Of a stretch of 64,000 nt of DNA, positions 1 to 12,216 are shown piece after piece; the stretch's first letter is position 1; every line of letters starts with the position of its first letter. Below the pieces are notes generated by a model that saw only the letters and a program-made list of their open reading frames with translations, ran no database searches and was not told the DNA's origin. Origin of the DNA: Octopus sinensis (Eukaryota); NCBI RefSeq assembly GCF_006345805.1, contig NC_043002.1, positions 98,766,001 to 98,830,000 of the forward strand. Direction: 5' to 3'. The translations under genes and the position numbers were made by a program.

Positions 1-582
1 TATAATCACCACCCTGAGGCTGTAACTGAAGGAGAAAATGTAACCATTCTGTGGGACTTTCCAGTACATACAGACCGAACCATCAAGGCCAATAAACCAG
101 ATATTGTTGTGAAAGACCAAAACAATAAAGTTTGCTTATTGATCGACATGAGCATCCCCTTGATCATAATATCTCAGCGAAAGAGTTTGACAAGCTCAGA
201 AAATATAAAGACCTACTCATTGAAATTGAGAAAATGTGGCATCTCAAGGCGGTTACAATACCAGTGATCGTAGGAGCACTAGGAATGATCAAGAAGGGAA
301 CCGAAAATTATATGAGAATGATCCCTGGCTTACCATCCCTGCAAGAAGTGCAAAAGATTGTCTTAACTGGTACATCACACGTATTGAGAAGAGCATTGTC
401 GATGTGAGAACTGTTGCTGCTCATGCATTTTAATTTAACTTAAAAAAAAAAAAAAAAAAATGAACGAACTACTGAGTTTGGTTTAATGGCCTACCAATAT
501 ACACTATGAGTTTCTTTGCCCTAGGAGTCGGGAAGACACTCGGCAAGAAATGGAAGAAAATTTGAAAGAAGAAAAAAAAAAG
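1..582 (+). mobile_element. R4/Dong-like RLE non-LTR retrotransposon 3' end (subfamily 1), frameshifted
   Basis: Frame 1 gives ILWDFPVHTDRTIKANKPDIVVKDQNNKVCLLIDMSIP, then a 1-nt shift near 160 into DHNISAKEFDKLRKYKDL...LRRALSM* (stop at 407). This is a PD..D restriction-like endonuclease C-terminus. The 3' UTR ends in an A-run and (TAA)n at 583-608. Confidence 0.85.
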
Positions 583-608
583 TAATAATAATAATAATAA
601 TAATAATA

Positions 609-891
609 GAGGTAACTAGAATGTGGAATCTGAAAACAGAAACAATTCCTATCATAGTAGGTGCAGTAGGCATGATAAAACAATATTCAGACAAATACAT
701 AACAAAAACACCGGACTTACAAACACATATAACATAAGAAAATTGCACTACTAGGCACTGCACAATCCTACGCAGACACTTTCCATACAATAACCATCAA
801 GCATCACAACAAATCACAGCACATACCCAAGGCACACAGAGCTGTGCTCGGTAGTGAAGTGAAAGCACGCTATAAAAATAAAACTACTGAG
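609..891 (+). mobile_element. R4/Dong-like LINE, 5'-truncated 3' end (subfamily 2) between TAA arrays
   Basis: Near-identical to 37186-37471 (EVTRMWNLKTETIPIIVGA...). Preceded by (TAA)n 583-608 and followed by (TAA)n 892-920. Confidence 0.9.
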
Positions 892-925
892 TAATAATAA
901 TAATAATAATAATAATAATGATGAT

Positions 926-1377
926 ACCAGACTAGCTCACATGGCTGCTGATCTTAACTGATTGGAAATGTTATCATGTACATTGTTTTGTTTTGGTATA
1001 AAAGAGGGCCTACAGCAAATATTCCGCTCAATACCTCAGGTTTGCATGTCAGTTGTTTGACCGTAACCAGTTGAGCATGTCCCTTAGTGGCTGACGATAT
1101 GTGCATCTCTGATCACGAGCAGAAGTAGTGGGGGAGCATCATAGCTGTGTGTTGAAAGGAATTCTTAGAGGTTTGGATAATTCACCTTTGTAAACATGGG
1201 TGGTTCGTTCAACATCCTTGAACAATCCTTATCTTGATATGAGATCACCATATCGCGCACATATGGTTGTGATGCATGTGCCTAGAGTACCCTTATCAGA
1301 CGGGTAGTTATGATGTGTATACTAGGCTTCGTATATTTTACCCCAGTGTCAATTTGATGGCATGCGCTGCTCTTTCA
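926..1377 (-). repeat. Unclassified interspersed repeat; related fragments at 10160-10205 and about 42300-42450
   Basis: The block gtcccttagtggctgac...ctgatca...gggggagcatcatagc is shared with 42355-42430. The left end resembles 10178-10205 (ccagg...ctc.catggct.ctga). Orientation inferred from the TAA tail of the 10160 copy. Confidence 0.55.
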
Positions 1378-1379
1378 CT

Positions 1380-1380
1380 C

Positions 1381-1412
<32 letters not shown>

Positions 1413-1468
1413 TAATAATAATGATAATAATAATGATAATAATAATGATAATAATAATAATAATAATG

Positions 1469-1528
<60 letters not shown>

Positions 1529-1529
1529 T
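1380..1529. repeat. (AAT)n microsatellite with GAT variants
   Basis: Direct reading. Confidence 0.98.
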
Positions 1530-1574
1530 ACCAAGTTACACTTTTGAAATAGCATAAGATATTTGTGTGTCTTT

Positions 1575-1680
<106 letters not shown>

Positions 1681-1903
1681 GCACATGGCTGAAGTGCATA
1701 AAAGAATAAAAGACACACACACACATATATATATATATCCATCCTGTCCTACTGCGGAAGTGTAAAGTGATAACGGCTTGTTGCGGCACGCTGTATTTAG
1801 TCGTACAAGTTTCTTTCATTCACTGATGTAATCTTCGTAATTATTATGCATTCAATTATTAGAAATTGTTTTTGGCTGTCATTTGGAATATCGATAAACA
1901 CCA

Positions 1904-1940
<37 letters not shown>

Positions 1941-2157
1941 CCCTCACCGTTGCTGCTAGTGCTGCGGTTGTTTCTGCAGTTGCTGCCGTTGTGTTCTACG
2001 TGACAAAAATTAAAGAAAGAACAAAAAAAAAAAGACAAAAAAAAAAAATAAAGAAATCCAACTCTGATGACATTTCTGTTTATTGATTTCTGGTGTATAA
2101 TATCAACCAGAGCAACCTCTGAAATAGCAAAAAAGGAATGGTTACTGGGTTACAAGG

Positions 2158-2160
2158 GTT

Positions 2161-2198
<38 letters not shown>

Positions 2199-2465
2199 TA
2201 TAGTAGACGCAGTCGTCGTCGTCGTTGTTGTCGTCGTTATCACCCTCTTCATCACAGTCCTTGTCATCATCGTCTCATCAATATCATTGAACTCATCATC
2301 ATCATCATCATCATTGTCGTACACTTTCTTCCTCCCACTCCTCCTCCTCCTCCTCCTCCTGATCATCACCGCGACTAGCATTGTTGTCGTCGTTGTCATA
2401 ATATCATCGCCGTCGCCGCAGCCGCCACACCTACTACCACCACCACCACTTTCTTCTTCTTCTTC

Positions 2466-2499
<34 letters not shown>

Positions 2500-2504
2500 C
2501 CAAT

Positions 2505-2567
<63 letters not shown>

Positions 2568-2599
2568 TCCATCATCATCAATATCATCATCATCATCAT

Positions 2600-2639
<40 letters not shown>

Positions 2640-2669
2640 TCCATCATCATCATCATCATTATCATCATC

Positions 2670-2731
<62 letters not shown>

Positions 2732-2783
2732 TTTCATCATCATCATCATCATCATCATCATCTCCATCATCATCATCATCATC

Positions 2784-2822
<39 letters not shown>

Positions 2823-3082
2823 TCCTGCTGCAGCATCGGTACTTGCAGCAAGTTCAGCAGCCCGTCGTCGTCGTCCTTGTTATAATCATCACCATTGTCT
2901 TTATAATTGTTACAATTCCAAAGTGTGCAACTACCACCCTTACGATGCGCCATTCCCCACCATTACCACCACCACCACCACCACCACCACCATCACCACC
3001 ACCACCACCACCACCATCACCACCACCACCACCACCACCATCACCACCACCACCACCACCACCATCATCACCACCACCACCG
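2158..3082. repeat. Compound trinucleotide block (ATC)n/(CCT)n/(ACC)n
   Basis: Direct reading; explains the poly-S/M/H/P/T ORFs. Confidence 0.97.
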
Positions 3083-3413
3083 CCAAAAGCTGTAGTACTA
3101 CGATGTCCCAAACACACTAGCAACAACATCAATCTTCATTCTCATCCTCAGTCATTCCAATTTTGGTTACCGACGTTTCGGTATCATGTTTGACATCACA
3201 GATAAACTTGATCCCTCTCTCTTCCTCCCACTTTCTCATCCTCTTCTCCCCCCTCTCTCTCTCACACACGCTCATACACATTATTACATACATGCACGCA
3301 AGGAACGCACCCATTCTTCTGTCTCTTTCTCGCTCTAACATACATAAAGTTTTGTTTCGTATGTGATTGTTCCAAGCATTCTTACATACGCACACCCATC
3401 TCTCAACGATCGA

Positions 3414-3553
3414 TTCCTCCATCCATCCATCCATCCATCCATCCATCCATCCATTCATCTATCTACCCATCTACCCATCGATCCATCGAGCCATCGATCC
3501 ATCTATCTACCCATCTACCCATCCATCCATCCATCCATCCATCCATCCATCCA
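3414..3553. repeat. (TCCA)n microsatellite
   Basis: Direct reading. Confidence 0.95.
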
Positions 3554-3589
3554 TTACACAATGGCATACATCCGCTCCTGCTGTTCAGA

Positions 3590-4015
3590 GTAAAGGTTGA
3601 CATCGATGGTTCGAGCCTCCAGAATGAGCTCGTAGAGAATGATCCCCACAAGAGACGTAGAACATCACCTCTTGTTCGAAACATCCACGTTTGGTGGACA
3701 GTTTCCGAAAGCTGGACCTTCCTTCACCACTGTTTATTCACGTTAGGATTGTGGAAAAAATATCTCTATCGGATTATTACATGTTCCGATCCATGGATCA
3801 TTTCCTACGCTTGCGAGGCTTCATCAACCAAGAGGACGTGGAAGATTCAGCGAAGGAGTTCTTCACCTCGAATGACAGCAACTGGTATCAGAATGAGATC
3901 AAAGATCTGGCAGAAAGGTGACTTCAGACGGTGCAACATGAAGGCCTCTACTTCGAAGCTAGGCTAAAGCAAATAAGTTACCAAAATATTGCAAAACTTT
4001 TGTGTCAGCACAATA
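3590..4015 (+). mobile_element. Mariner transposon 3' remnant
   Basis: [62 protein letters not shown] matches the mariner transposase C-terminus. Ends in TIR-like gcaaaacttttgtgtcagcacaa followed by TA (4014-4015). Confidence 0.8.
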
Positions 4016-4149
4016 TTAATTATTACTGCAATAAAGAACAATAATCCTTTAAACACACAGACATACACACATACGCACACACATACACATACATATACTT
4101 TTGTCTGACACAGGGACAAAAATAAAGCTACTAAGGTGGCCACACTACA

Positions 4150-4645
4150 TATAATAAAATGGAAAATAGTCGAAAAGGCATCCACACCATATGTTTACGG
4201 ATAAAAAAAATGTAAGCTATGCATCACTGAGCGAACTCAAATCCTCTAACTCTAACTCTGCTGTATTCTAGAGCCGAAATTTTCAGCGGTTGTAAGCATA
4301 TGGCAAAGTTCTTGATGGCGAATTAGAAAGTACCTCTCTCTCCGGATTGACTAATAGACTCTAAGGCACTATTCTTTCAGCCTTATATTTCACGGTATAA
4401 GGGGGAAATAACTCTAATTCTTCCCTTTTGCTTCTTTTTTATTTGCTTTTCGTTTTCCGGTTTTTCAACCTTCCACCTTTCATATCTACTTCTTTCACGT
4501 CTTTTCTTGCTGTTTCTCTCATCCTATTCTATTTTTAGATCGTCATACTATGTGGGCAGAGTCGATTATTGTGTTAGGACACCAACCGTGATAAAAAAAC
4601 AATAGTATGCTCTCAAAACACGAAACTAATGGTAGCACATAAAAT
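4150..4645 (+). mobile_element. Penelope-like element C-terminal remnant (Cys-rich tail typical of Naiad-like PLEs) plus 3' UTR
   Basis: Across stops and frameshifts: IKWKIVEKASTPYVYG*KKCKLCITERTQIL...SRAEIFSGCKHMAKFLMAN*. Same motif order as 19701-19930. Ends at a (TA)n array. The Naiad assignment is from memory of the family motif. Confidence 0.6.
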
Positions 4646-4705
4646 CATGTATGTATATATATATATTATATATATATATATAATATATATATATATACAG
4701 ATATA

Positions 4706-4746
<41 letters not shown>

Positions 4747-4789
4747 ATACATACATACATACATACATACATAAATACATACATACATA

Positions 4790-4820
<31 letters not shown>

Positions 4821-4821
4821 A

Positions 4822-4855
<34 letters not shown>

Positions 4856-4890
4856 CACATACATACATACATACATACATAAATACATAC

Positions 4891-4984
<94 letters not shown>

Positions 4985-4985
4985 A
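4646..4985. repeat. (TA)n/(CATA)n compound microsatellite
   Basis: Direct reading. Confidence 0.98.
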
Positions 4986-5057
4986 TGGTCCTAGTAGGCA
5001 ATAAAGGTAAGGAATTTTCAGAGAAGCACGCAACTCACGTGTTCTGTGCTATCAACA

Positions 5058-5230
5058 CTGTCGGATTCCAAACTAATACCGAAATTCTTTAGGTGTAGAA
5101 AATACTGGTCTCACAGCGGTAAAACCGTTATGTGGGTGTAATTCAAGTAAAAATAGACAAAGAAATACTTTAGCACATCTTTAATGATCAGTAAAGATGT
5201 GTTAAAGTATTTCCTTTGTCTTATTACTGG
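5058..5230. repeat. Short member of the fold-back family seen at 20003-20468 (about 39-bp arms, 8-nt loop)
   Basis: Arms 5145-5183 and 5192-5230 (agacaaag.aaatacttta.cacatcttta / taaagatgtgttaaagtatttcctttgtc). 5058-5123 is similar to 20003-20064. (TA)n follows. Confidence 0.75.
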
Positions 5231-5252
5231 GATTATATACATACATACGTAA

Positions 5253-5287
<35 letters not shown>

Positions 5288-5288
5288 A

Positions 5289-5428
<140 letters not shown>

Positions 5429-6056
5429 TGTGTGTATGTATGTGTATATATTTCTGTGTACATATGTGTGTATGTCACCATACATAAACCACACCCGGTG
5501 ATAGAACCATGTTATTGGAAATTTGTAAAACATTTTTTCTGTTCTGCAATCACTGCTTTTCACATGTTTGTGAATTTATAGTTCTACTACTGGGCTATTC
5601 AAAACATTTCCCATAGAATATTTTATACGTATCTTTCACAGAAACACTTCTATGCAAAATGTACTTTATCGATAAAGTTTGATTCATTGAAATTTGTTTG
5701 AATTTTTTTTATCTCCCCTTCTTGTTTGGAATTGATAGCAATTGCCACAAGACATTTGCTTGTGTTTTTTTTTCTCTCTCGAAAAGAAGATAATTTCAAT
5801 GAATTAAAAATTTATCTTTTATGGTAATTGATGTTTTTCATTCGTTTTATTGTTTATATCTATGCCACAAGCCACTCTGAGTGATTACTTTTTCAGTTCA
5901 ATTTGATTTAAATCAAACAAATTACCTTAGGCCATAAGTGACATATACTTTGTATATGTTTAAATATCACATCTACAGGTTCCAAGGTACAAATGTACTA
6001 ATCTCTCCAACTGAAACATAAACAGGTGTCCACGGCTACCCAATTGCTTCCAGACA

Positions 6057-6565
6057 GTCATCATCATCATCATCATCATCATTGCTCGACCGTGGTCGAG
6101 ACAATGGAATTTACCATGCTACGCCAGACTTCACGGTCCATCATGGCATTACGGAGGTCCTGTCGCTGGATGCCTGTATCCCTGGAGATTACATCAGGGT
6201 AGGAGAGTGTGCGCCCTCTGGTATTGCGAGTAGATGGCTTCCAGAGGAGAAGAGTAGAAATTACTTCTTTTTCAGCTCTACAACAATGTCCAGCAAGCTG
6301 GACTCTCCTACCTTTCACAAGAGATGACACAGGTGGTAGTTTCCCATATATTTGCATTTTGGTTGGATGGCGCTTCCACGAGAGATTTTGAGCTCTCATA
6401 AGGAGGCGAGTGTAGGTTCCATCCAACCGTCTCTTAAGCTTCTTTGATAACGTCCAGGTTTCTGAGCCATATAGTAGAATTGGTTCGACAGTGGCTTTGA
6501 AGATTTCAAGTTTGAAGTCTCTACTTAGATTTGATGACCAGATCTTATCTAAACAGTATGCCAAT
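6057..6565 (-). mobile_element. RTE-clade (RTE/RTEX) LINE, 5'-truncated, with (TGA)n tail
   Basis: ORF 6079-6564: FKATVEPILLYGSETWTL...LAGHCCR...RGRTLSYPDVISRD...DREVWR are RTE C-terminal motifs. (TCA)n at 6057-6080 is the tail on the minus strand. Confidence 0.9.
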
Positions 6566-6801
6566 TTCGGAGAAATCGCGCCTGTTTGAGATTAACTCCC
6601 TTCTCAGCGGAAGTTACTCGTAATTTCAACAAACCGTTTATTTATTCGTGTCTCAAAAAGGAAAATACTTTTCATAAGTAAAAAATTTAACTTGCATGGT
6701 TCATTTATCCTCACTTATCACTTATTTGTTCATCCCTGATCCGGGATAACACAGTGCACTCATTGTAATTCGCATTACGCTTATTACAAATTTATTTCTG
6801 A

Positions 6802-7198
6802 CTAGCAGTATCGCCCGGCGTTGCTCGGGTTTGTAAGGGAAATAACTATATAAGCATTTTTAGAGAGTTATAGCCCCAAAAAATACCCAAAAAATGCATT
6901 AAAAATGGAAAAAAATGATGGTATATTTTTTTTAAATCGTTGACTCATCGTAGACATTTTTAGAGAGTTACTTCCCTTATATAATAGCGAAAAAATGCAT
7001 TAAAATGGAAAAAATGATGGTAAATTCTTTTTAAAATCGTAGACTCATCGTAGACGCGCGCTAATACCCAGAAGGGCTCGATATGAATCACGACTATAAG
7101 ATACCCGGTTTTGGTTAAACTGCACCGCAAAATGTGGGAGTAGTTAGGAATCTAAATCGTAGGAGACAGACACACAACCTTTCTTTTATATATAAAGA
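6802..7198 (-). mobile_element. Non-autonomous Helitron, copy 1
   Basis: The minus strand starts TC(tttatatataaaag) and ends in hairpin cccgagcaacgccggg + cgatactg + CTAG, inserted between A and T. It has two internal subrepeats of about 105 bp. Homologous to three other copies. Confidence 0.88.
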
Positions 7199-7991
7199 TA
7201 ACACTGGCCGCCGATCAGTCGAAGATTATTCTCGGCCAACAAAAGCCCGCTCCATCAACCATCCGCAGTGCTCATAACAACTTGGAATCTCGGAAGGAAA
7301 TCCATTTTCCCATATGTTCTATCATATCATTCAGTTATCACTAATTCCTTTAATGCAGCGTATTAATATACATGTATTTAATAGATCTTCATTCGTCTTT
7401 ATTACACGTACGTATCTCTACATCAAAAACAAAAATGACAAGACCAAAGAGCCTGGAGGATTGTGTGCATGCAGTACAGCACAGAAGAAACTGGAGTGAC
7501 CTAGCAAGTCGACCAGTGGCCACATACGGGGCATTTGGCTGAATTAAAACTAATTAGAATCAACGTAGAATCAACTAATTAGAATCGACGCCTCACATAT
7601 TCTCACTATCCTTATCTAAGCTAGTCTTCTATTTCAGTTTCAACCTTATCCTAATCACTTTATCTCCGTATGGCTTCCAGTTAAGCTGGACTAGAGTGTT
7701 TTTCTAATATATATGTGTGCGTGTGAGTGGATATGTATGTGTGAGTACGTACATGCACACATATGTTTGTGTGTGTATATGTGCATGTACGTATACATGT
7801 TTGTGTGTGTACGTGTGTAGACGTTATGAACGCAGGAGGTTTATGTCTATATATTGTGAGACTATATATAGTTGCGTGTATATATATATATATATATATG
7901 GTTGCGTGCATTCTTTATCCTTTATCTTCTTTTTGTTTTTCTACCTATTAGAATAACTTCCCTTTTATTCAACGGTTTTTCATAGCGTCTA

Positions 7992-8067
7992 TTGTCATTA
8001 ATAGCCGACGAGAATGCAACGTAGCTCTTCGCCCCGACATTCGAAACTCCGAATACTACAATGACAA
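7992..8067 (+). ncRNA. Decayed type-I hammerhead ribozyme fold
   Basis: Stem I ttgtcatt(a)atag/ctacaatgacaa (11 bp), core CCGACGA (U4 to C), stem II gaatg/cattc, GAAA, stem III actc-c-gaat (one mismatch), cleavage base A8055. Confidence 0.65.
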
Positions 8068-8214
8068 CTTACTGTTTGTTCTAAATTATAACATTTATAA
8101 ATAATCCTCTATTTATCTAATATTGAGGTCTCATTCTTTTGCTGCCACTTGTTATTTTCATATATATATATATACATATGGCTTTATGTGTGCGCGCGTG
8201 TGTGTATGTGTGTG

Positions 8215-8430
8215 TCTCTGTTCTGTGTTTATCTCCCACCATCGCTTTGACAACTAGTGTTGGTGTGCTTACGTCACAGTAGCATAGCAGTTCGGCCAAA
8301 GAGCCCGACAAAATAATTATCAGGCTTAAAAAAAATTAACTACTGGGGTCGATTCATTCGACTAAAAAATTCCCCAATGTGGTGCCCCAGCATGGCCGCA
8401 GTCTAATGACAGAAAAGTGAAACATAAAAA
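8215..8430 (+). mobile_element. tRNA-derived SINE family A, diverged 3' half
   Basis: Reverse complement of the family A body (gacaac..gttggtgtg.ttacgtc...ggggtcga...cagcatggccgcagtc). Confidence 0.75.
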
Positions 8431-8539
8431 GATAGGACTACATAGACATTCGTTTCTTTGAAACAGTTATAGTTGCTACATTTAGAAAAAGGAACGGCTA
8501 CGTAAGGCTCCCACGTTGTCTTAGAGTTGTTGAGAGTGG

Positions 8540-9640
8540 CAGTAGTGTGTTGTGATGAAGGTAGCAGTGGTGATGAGGGTAGCATCGCAACACACACTCC
8601 TACTGAGCGTGTTGGTGGGGATGTTAGTTGTTATAAAAACGGAGGCGGTAGGAGTGTGTGTTGTGATGAGGGTAGCAGCGGGAGTGTGTTGTGATGATGG
8701 CAGCAATGGGAGAATGTATTGTGATGAGGGTAGTAGTGGGAGTATATATTGTGAAGAAGGTATCAGTGGGAGTGTGTGTTGTGATGATGGCAGCAATGGG
8801 AGTGTTTGTTGTGATGAGGGTAGCAGTGGGAGTATATATTGTGATAAAGGTAGCAGTGGGAGTGTGTGTTGTGATGACGGTATCAGTGGGAGTGTGTGTT
8901 GTGATGACGGTATCAGTGGGAGTGTTTGTTGTGATGAGGGTAGCAGTGGGAGTATATATTGTGATAAAGGTAGCAGTGGGCGTGTGTGTTGTGATGAAGG
9001 TATCAGTGGGAGTGTGTATTGTGATGAGGGTAACAGTGGGAGTGTGTATTGGGATGAGGGTAGCAGTGGGAGTGTGTATTGTGATGAGGGTAGCAGTGGG
9101 AGTGTTTGTTGTGATGAGGGTATCAGTGGGAGTATATATTGTGATAAAGGTAGCAGTGGGAGTGTGTGTTGTGATGAAGGTATCAGTGGGAGTGTGTGTT
9201 GTGATGAGGGTAGCAGTGGGAGTGTTTGTTGTGATGAGGGTAGCAGTGGGAGTGTGTGTTGTGTTGGATGTAGCAGTGGGAGTGTTTGTTGTGATGAGAG
9301 TAGTAGTGGAAGTATGTGTTGTGAAGAAGGTAGCAGTGAGCAGTAGGAGTGTGTGTTGTGATAAAGGTAGCAGTGGGAGTATATATTGTGATAAAGGTAT
9401 CAGTGGGAGTGTGTGTTGTGATGAAGGTATCAGTGGGAGTGTATGCTGTGATGAGGGTAGCAGTGGGAGCGTTTGTTGTGATAAGGGTAGTAGTGGGAGT
9501 GTGTGTTGTGTTGATCGTAGCAGTGGGAGTGTTTGTTGTAATGAGGGTAGTAGTGGAAGTATGTGTTGTGAAGAAGGTAGCAGTGAGCAGTAGGAGTGTG
9601 TGTTGTGATAAAGGTAGCAGTGGGAGTGTGTGTTTGTAAT
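8540..9640. repeat. 30-bp minisatellite (about 35 units) with higher-order duplication of about 245 bp
   Basis: Unit tgtgatgagggtagcagtgggagtgtgtgt. Two blocks both end gaagaaggtagcagtgagcagtagg (at about 9346 and 9593). Confidence 0.95.
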
Positions 9641-10049
9641 AATGATAGCAGTGTGTGAGCGTATGTGCATGTGTGTGTGTGTGTGTGCGTGTGTGTATGT
9701 GTGTGTGTGTTGTAATGATAACGCTAATAACGTTGGTGATGGTTATTACGCAGATTAATGTATGTTGGTTGGGGATGTTTGTTGTTATAAAAACAGAGGC
9801 GGTGGTAGTTGCGGGGTTGAGCTCGGAGATGATGGGGGCTAGTGGAAATAGAAGTCGTTGTAACGTTGTTGTGGGATTAATATTGTGATGAATGAACGTG
9901 TCGACAGCGTTAATCATATTGGTAGCTGCATTGGAAACCATAGTAATATTTGTGAGCTTTTTGAAGGTGGTCGTAGAGTGACGACGGCTGTTATGATGTA
10001 GCGGTGGTAAGAGTAGTGGTTGTAATTACAATGGTGTGTTTTGAGATGA

Positions 10050-10096
10050 AGTTAGTAGTAGTAGTCGTATTATTATTATAATTATTATTATTATTA

Positions 10097-10161
<65 letters not shown>

Positions 10162-10204
10162 GCCCTGATGCAGTACCAGGCAGTGGCTCTCATGGCTTCT
10201 GACC

Positions 10205-10243
<39 letters not shown>

Positions 10244-10807
10244 GTTGTTGTTGTTGTTGTTGTTGTTATTCAGTAGTCTTATTTTTATCACGTGCTTTCT
10301 TCTTCTTCTTCTTCTTCTTCTTCTTCTTCTTCTTCTTCTTCTTCTTCTTCTTCTTCTTCTTCTTCTTCTTCTTCGTAGCTGTGGTGATTGCTGTCATAAG
10401 CAGTTTTGCCGTGCTAGTAGTGGTAGGAGTAGCCGCAGTGGTTGTGATAAACAGTGCTGGGCAGTAGTAGTGGCAGTAGCTGGGGGGTCGTTGTTTTATA
10501 GTGTTGCGCTTGTAGAAGTTGTAGTAGTTGAAATGGTAGTAGAAGAAGTAGTTAGTAGTAGCAATAGTAGAAGTAGCCTCAACAGTTGCGGTAGTTATAG
10601 TAGAAGTAGTAGTAACAGTAATATAATACGTAGTTGTAGAAGTAGCAGTAGTAGGGGTAGCAGCTGTTATAAATAGTGCTGAGGTGGTAGTAATGACTGG
10701 TTTCTCTGATAAACCGTACTGAGGTCGTCGACGTAGTAGTGGTGGTGGAAATGGTGATGGTGGTGGTAGTAGTAGTAATAGTAGTAGTAGTAATAGTAGT
10801 AATAGTA

Positions 10808-10863
<56 letters not shown>

Positions 10864-10906
10864 ATAGTAGTAGTAGTAGTGGTAGTAGTAGTAGTAATAG
10901 TAGTAA

Positions 10907-10946
<40 letters not shown>

Positions 10947-11740
10947 TAGTAGTAGTAGTAGTAGCAATAGTGGTAGTGAAGATGGTAGTAATAGTAGTAA
11001 TGGTGTAGATGTTGGTAGTAGTGCTAGTAGTAGTTGTAGTTGTAGTAGTAGTAGTAGTAGTATTCGTGGTAGTAGTAGTGCTAGAGAAGTTGCTGGTAGT
11101 AGTAGTTGTTGCTTTGATAAACAGTGTTCAGGTTCTAGTTGTAGTGGTGATGGTTGTGTGATAGAGATAGCTGCGGTGGTAGTAGTAACAGTTGTTTTTG
11201 AGATTATGGTAGTCGTTGTAGTGTTAGTGGTTGCCGTTGCTGAGATTGTTGTTCGGATGGTAGTAGTAGGTGGTTGTGGTGGTTTCAGTGGTGTTAATTG
11301 TTGTTACTGTTGCGGTGGCTATTGTTGTTGTGGTTGTTGTTGTTGTTGTTGTTGTGTTTTTTGTAATGGGTGTGGATGTAGTAGTAGTCGTAGTTGGTGA
11401 CGTGAGTGTGGTGGTCGTTGTGTTGCGAGTGGTAGTTGTGGTGGTTTTGATAGTGCCATTTCTGTGGTTGTTATTGTAGTTGTTGTGGATTGTGTAAGTT
11501 TAGTTGCGGCTGCTGTTGTTGTTGTTGTTATTGTTCTTCTTCTTCTTCTTCTTCTTCTTCTTCTTCTCCTTCTTCTTCTTCTTCTTCTTCTCCTCCTCCT
11601 CCTCCTTCTTCTTCTTCTTCTTCTTCTTCTCCTCCTCCTCCTCCTCCTCCTTCTTCTTCTTCTTCTTCTTCTCCTCCTCCTCCTCCTCCTCCTTCTTCTT
11701 CTTCTTCTCCTCTTCTTCTTCTTCTTCTTCTTCTTCTTCC
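10050..11740. repeat. Compound low-complexity tract (TTA, TTG, TTC, GTA, GTT, TCC repeats)
   Basis: Direct reading. Confidence 0.95.
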
Positions 11741-12216
11741 AATCAGGACTCACGCCATTAGCCATAAAGAGTAATCTCTAATTCGAGCCTACTCTAAGCT
11801 ACTAAGAATGCTTGTGGCAACTTGAAGATCCACCCACCACACGTGATAGACTGGCGGTTGCACGGGCGCGAAAGCTACGTTGTTATCCTCATTCCGTAAA
11901 CGGTGGCTTTTAACGGGTGGAGAGCTGAACCATTCTGGGGCACAAAGGATTCGCAATCTAGACAAGATTCTGAAAGTTTACCACATCATAGTGGGTTACA
12001 CCATGGTTCCGCTGCTTTGTGGCAGAAGTAGGAAGAAAGAGTGAGAGAAAATTGTGGTGAAAGAGTACAGCGGGGTTCACCCTAACCCCGCTTGAGCTTC
12101 GTGGAGCTTAGGTGTTTTTGCTCAATAAACACTCACAATACCCGGTCTGGGAATCGAAACCGCGTTCTTACGACCGCGAGTCCGCTGCCCTAACCACTGG
12201 GCCACTCCGCCTCCAC
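11740..12216 (-). mobile_element. tRNA-derived SINE: family C head with an alternative 3' body and (GAA)n tail
   Basis: 12020-12216 matches the head of 32333/39821/41590 (gtggaggc..tggcccagtggttagggcagcggactcgcggtc...gtttcgattcc; A and B boxes). 11740-12010 differs from those copies and ends in (GAA)n. Confidence 0.75.
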
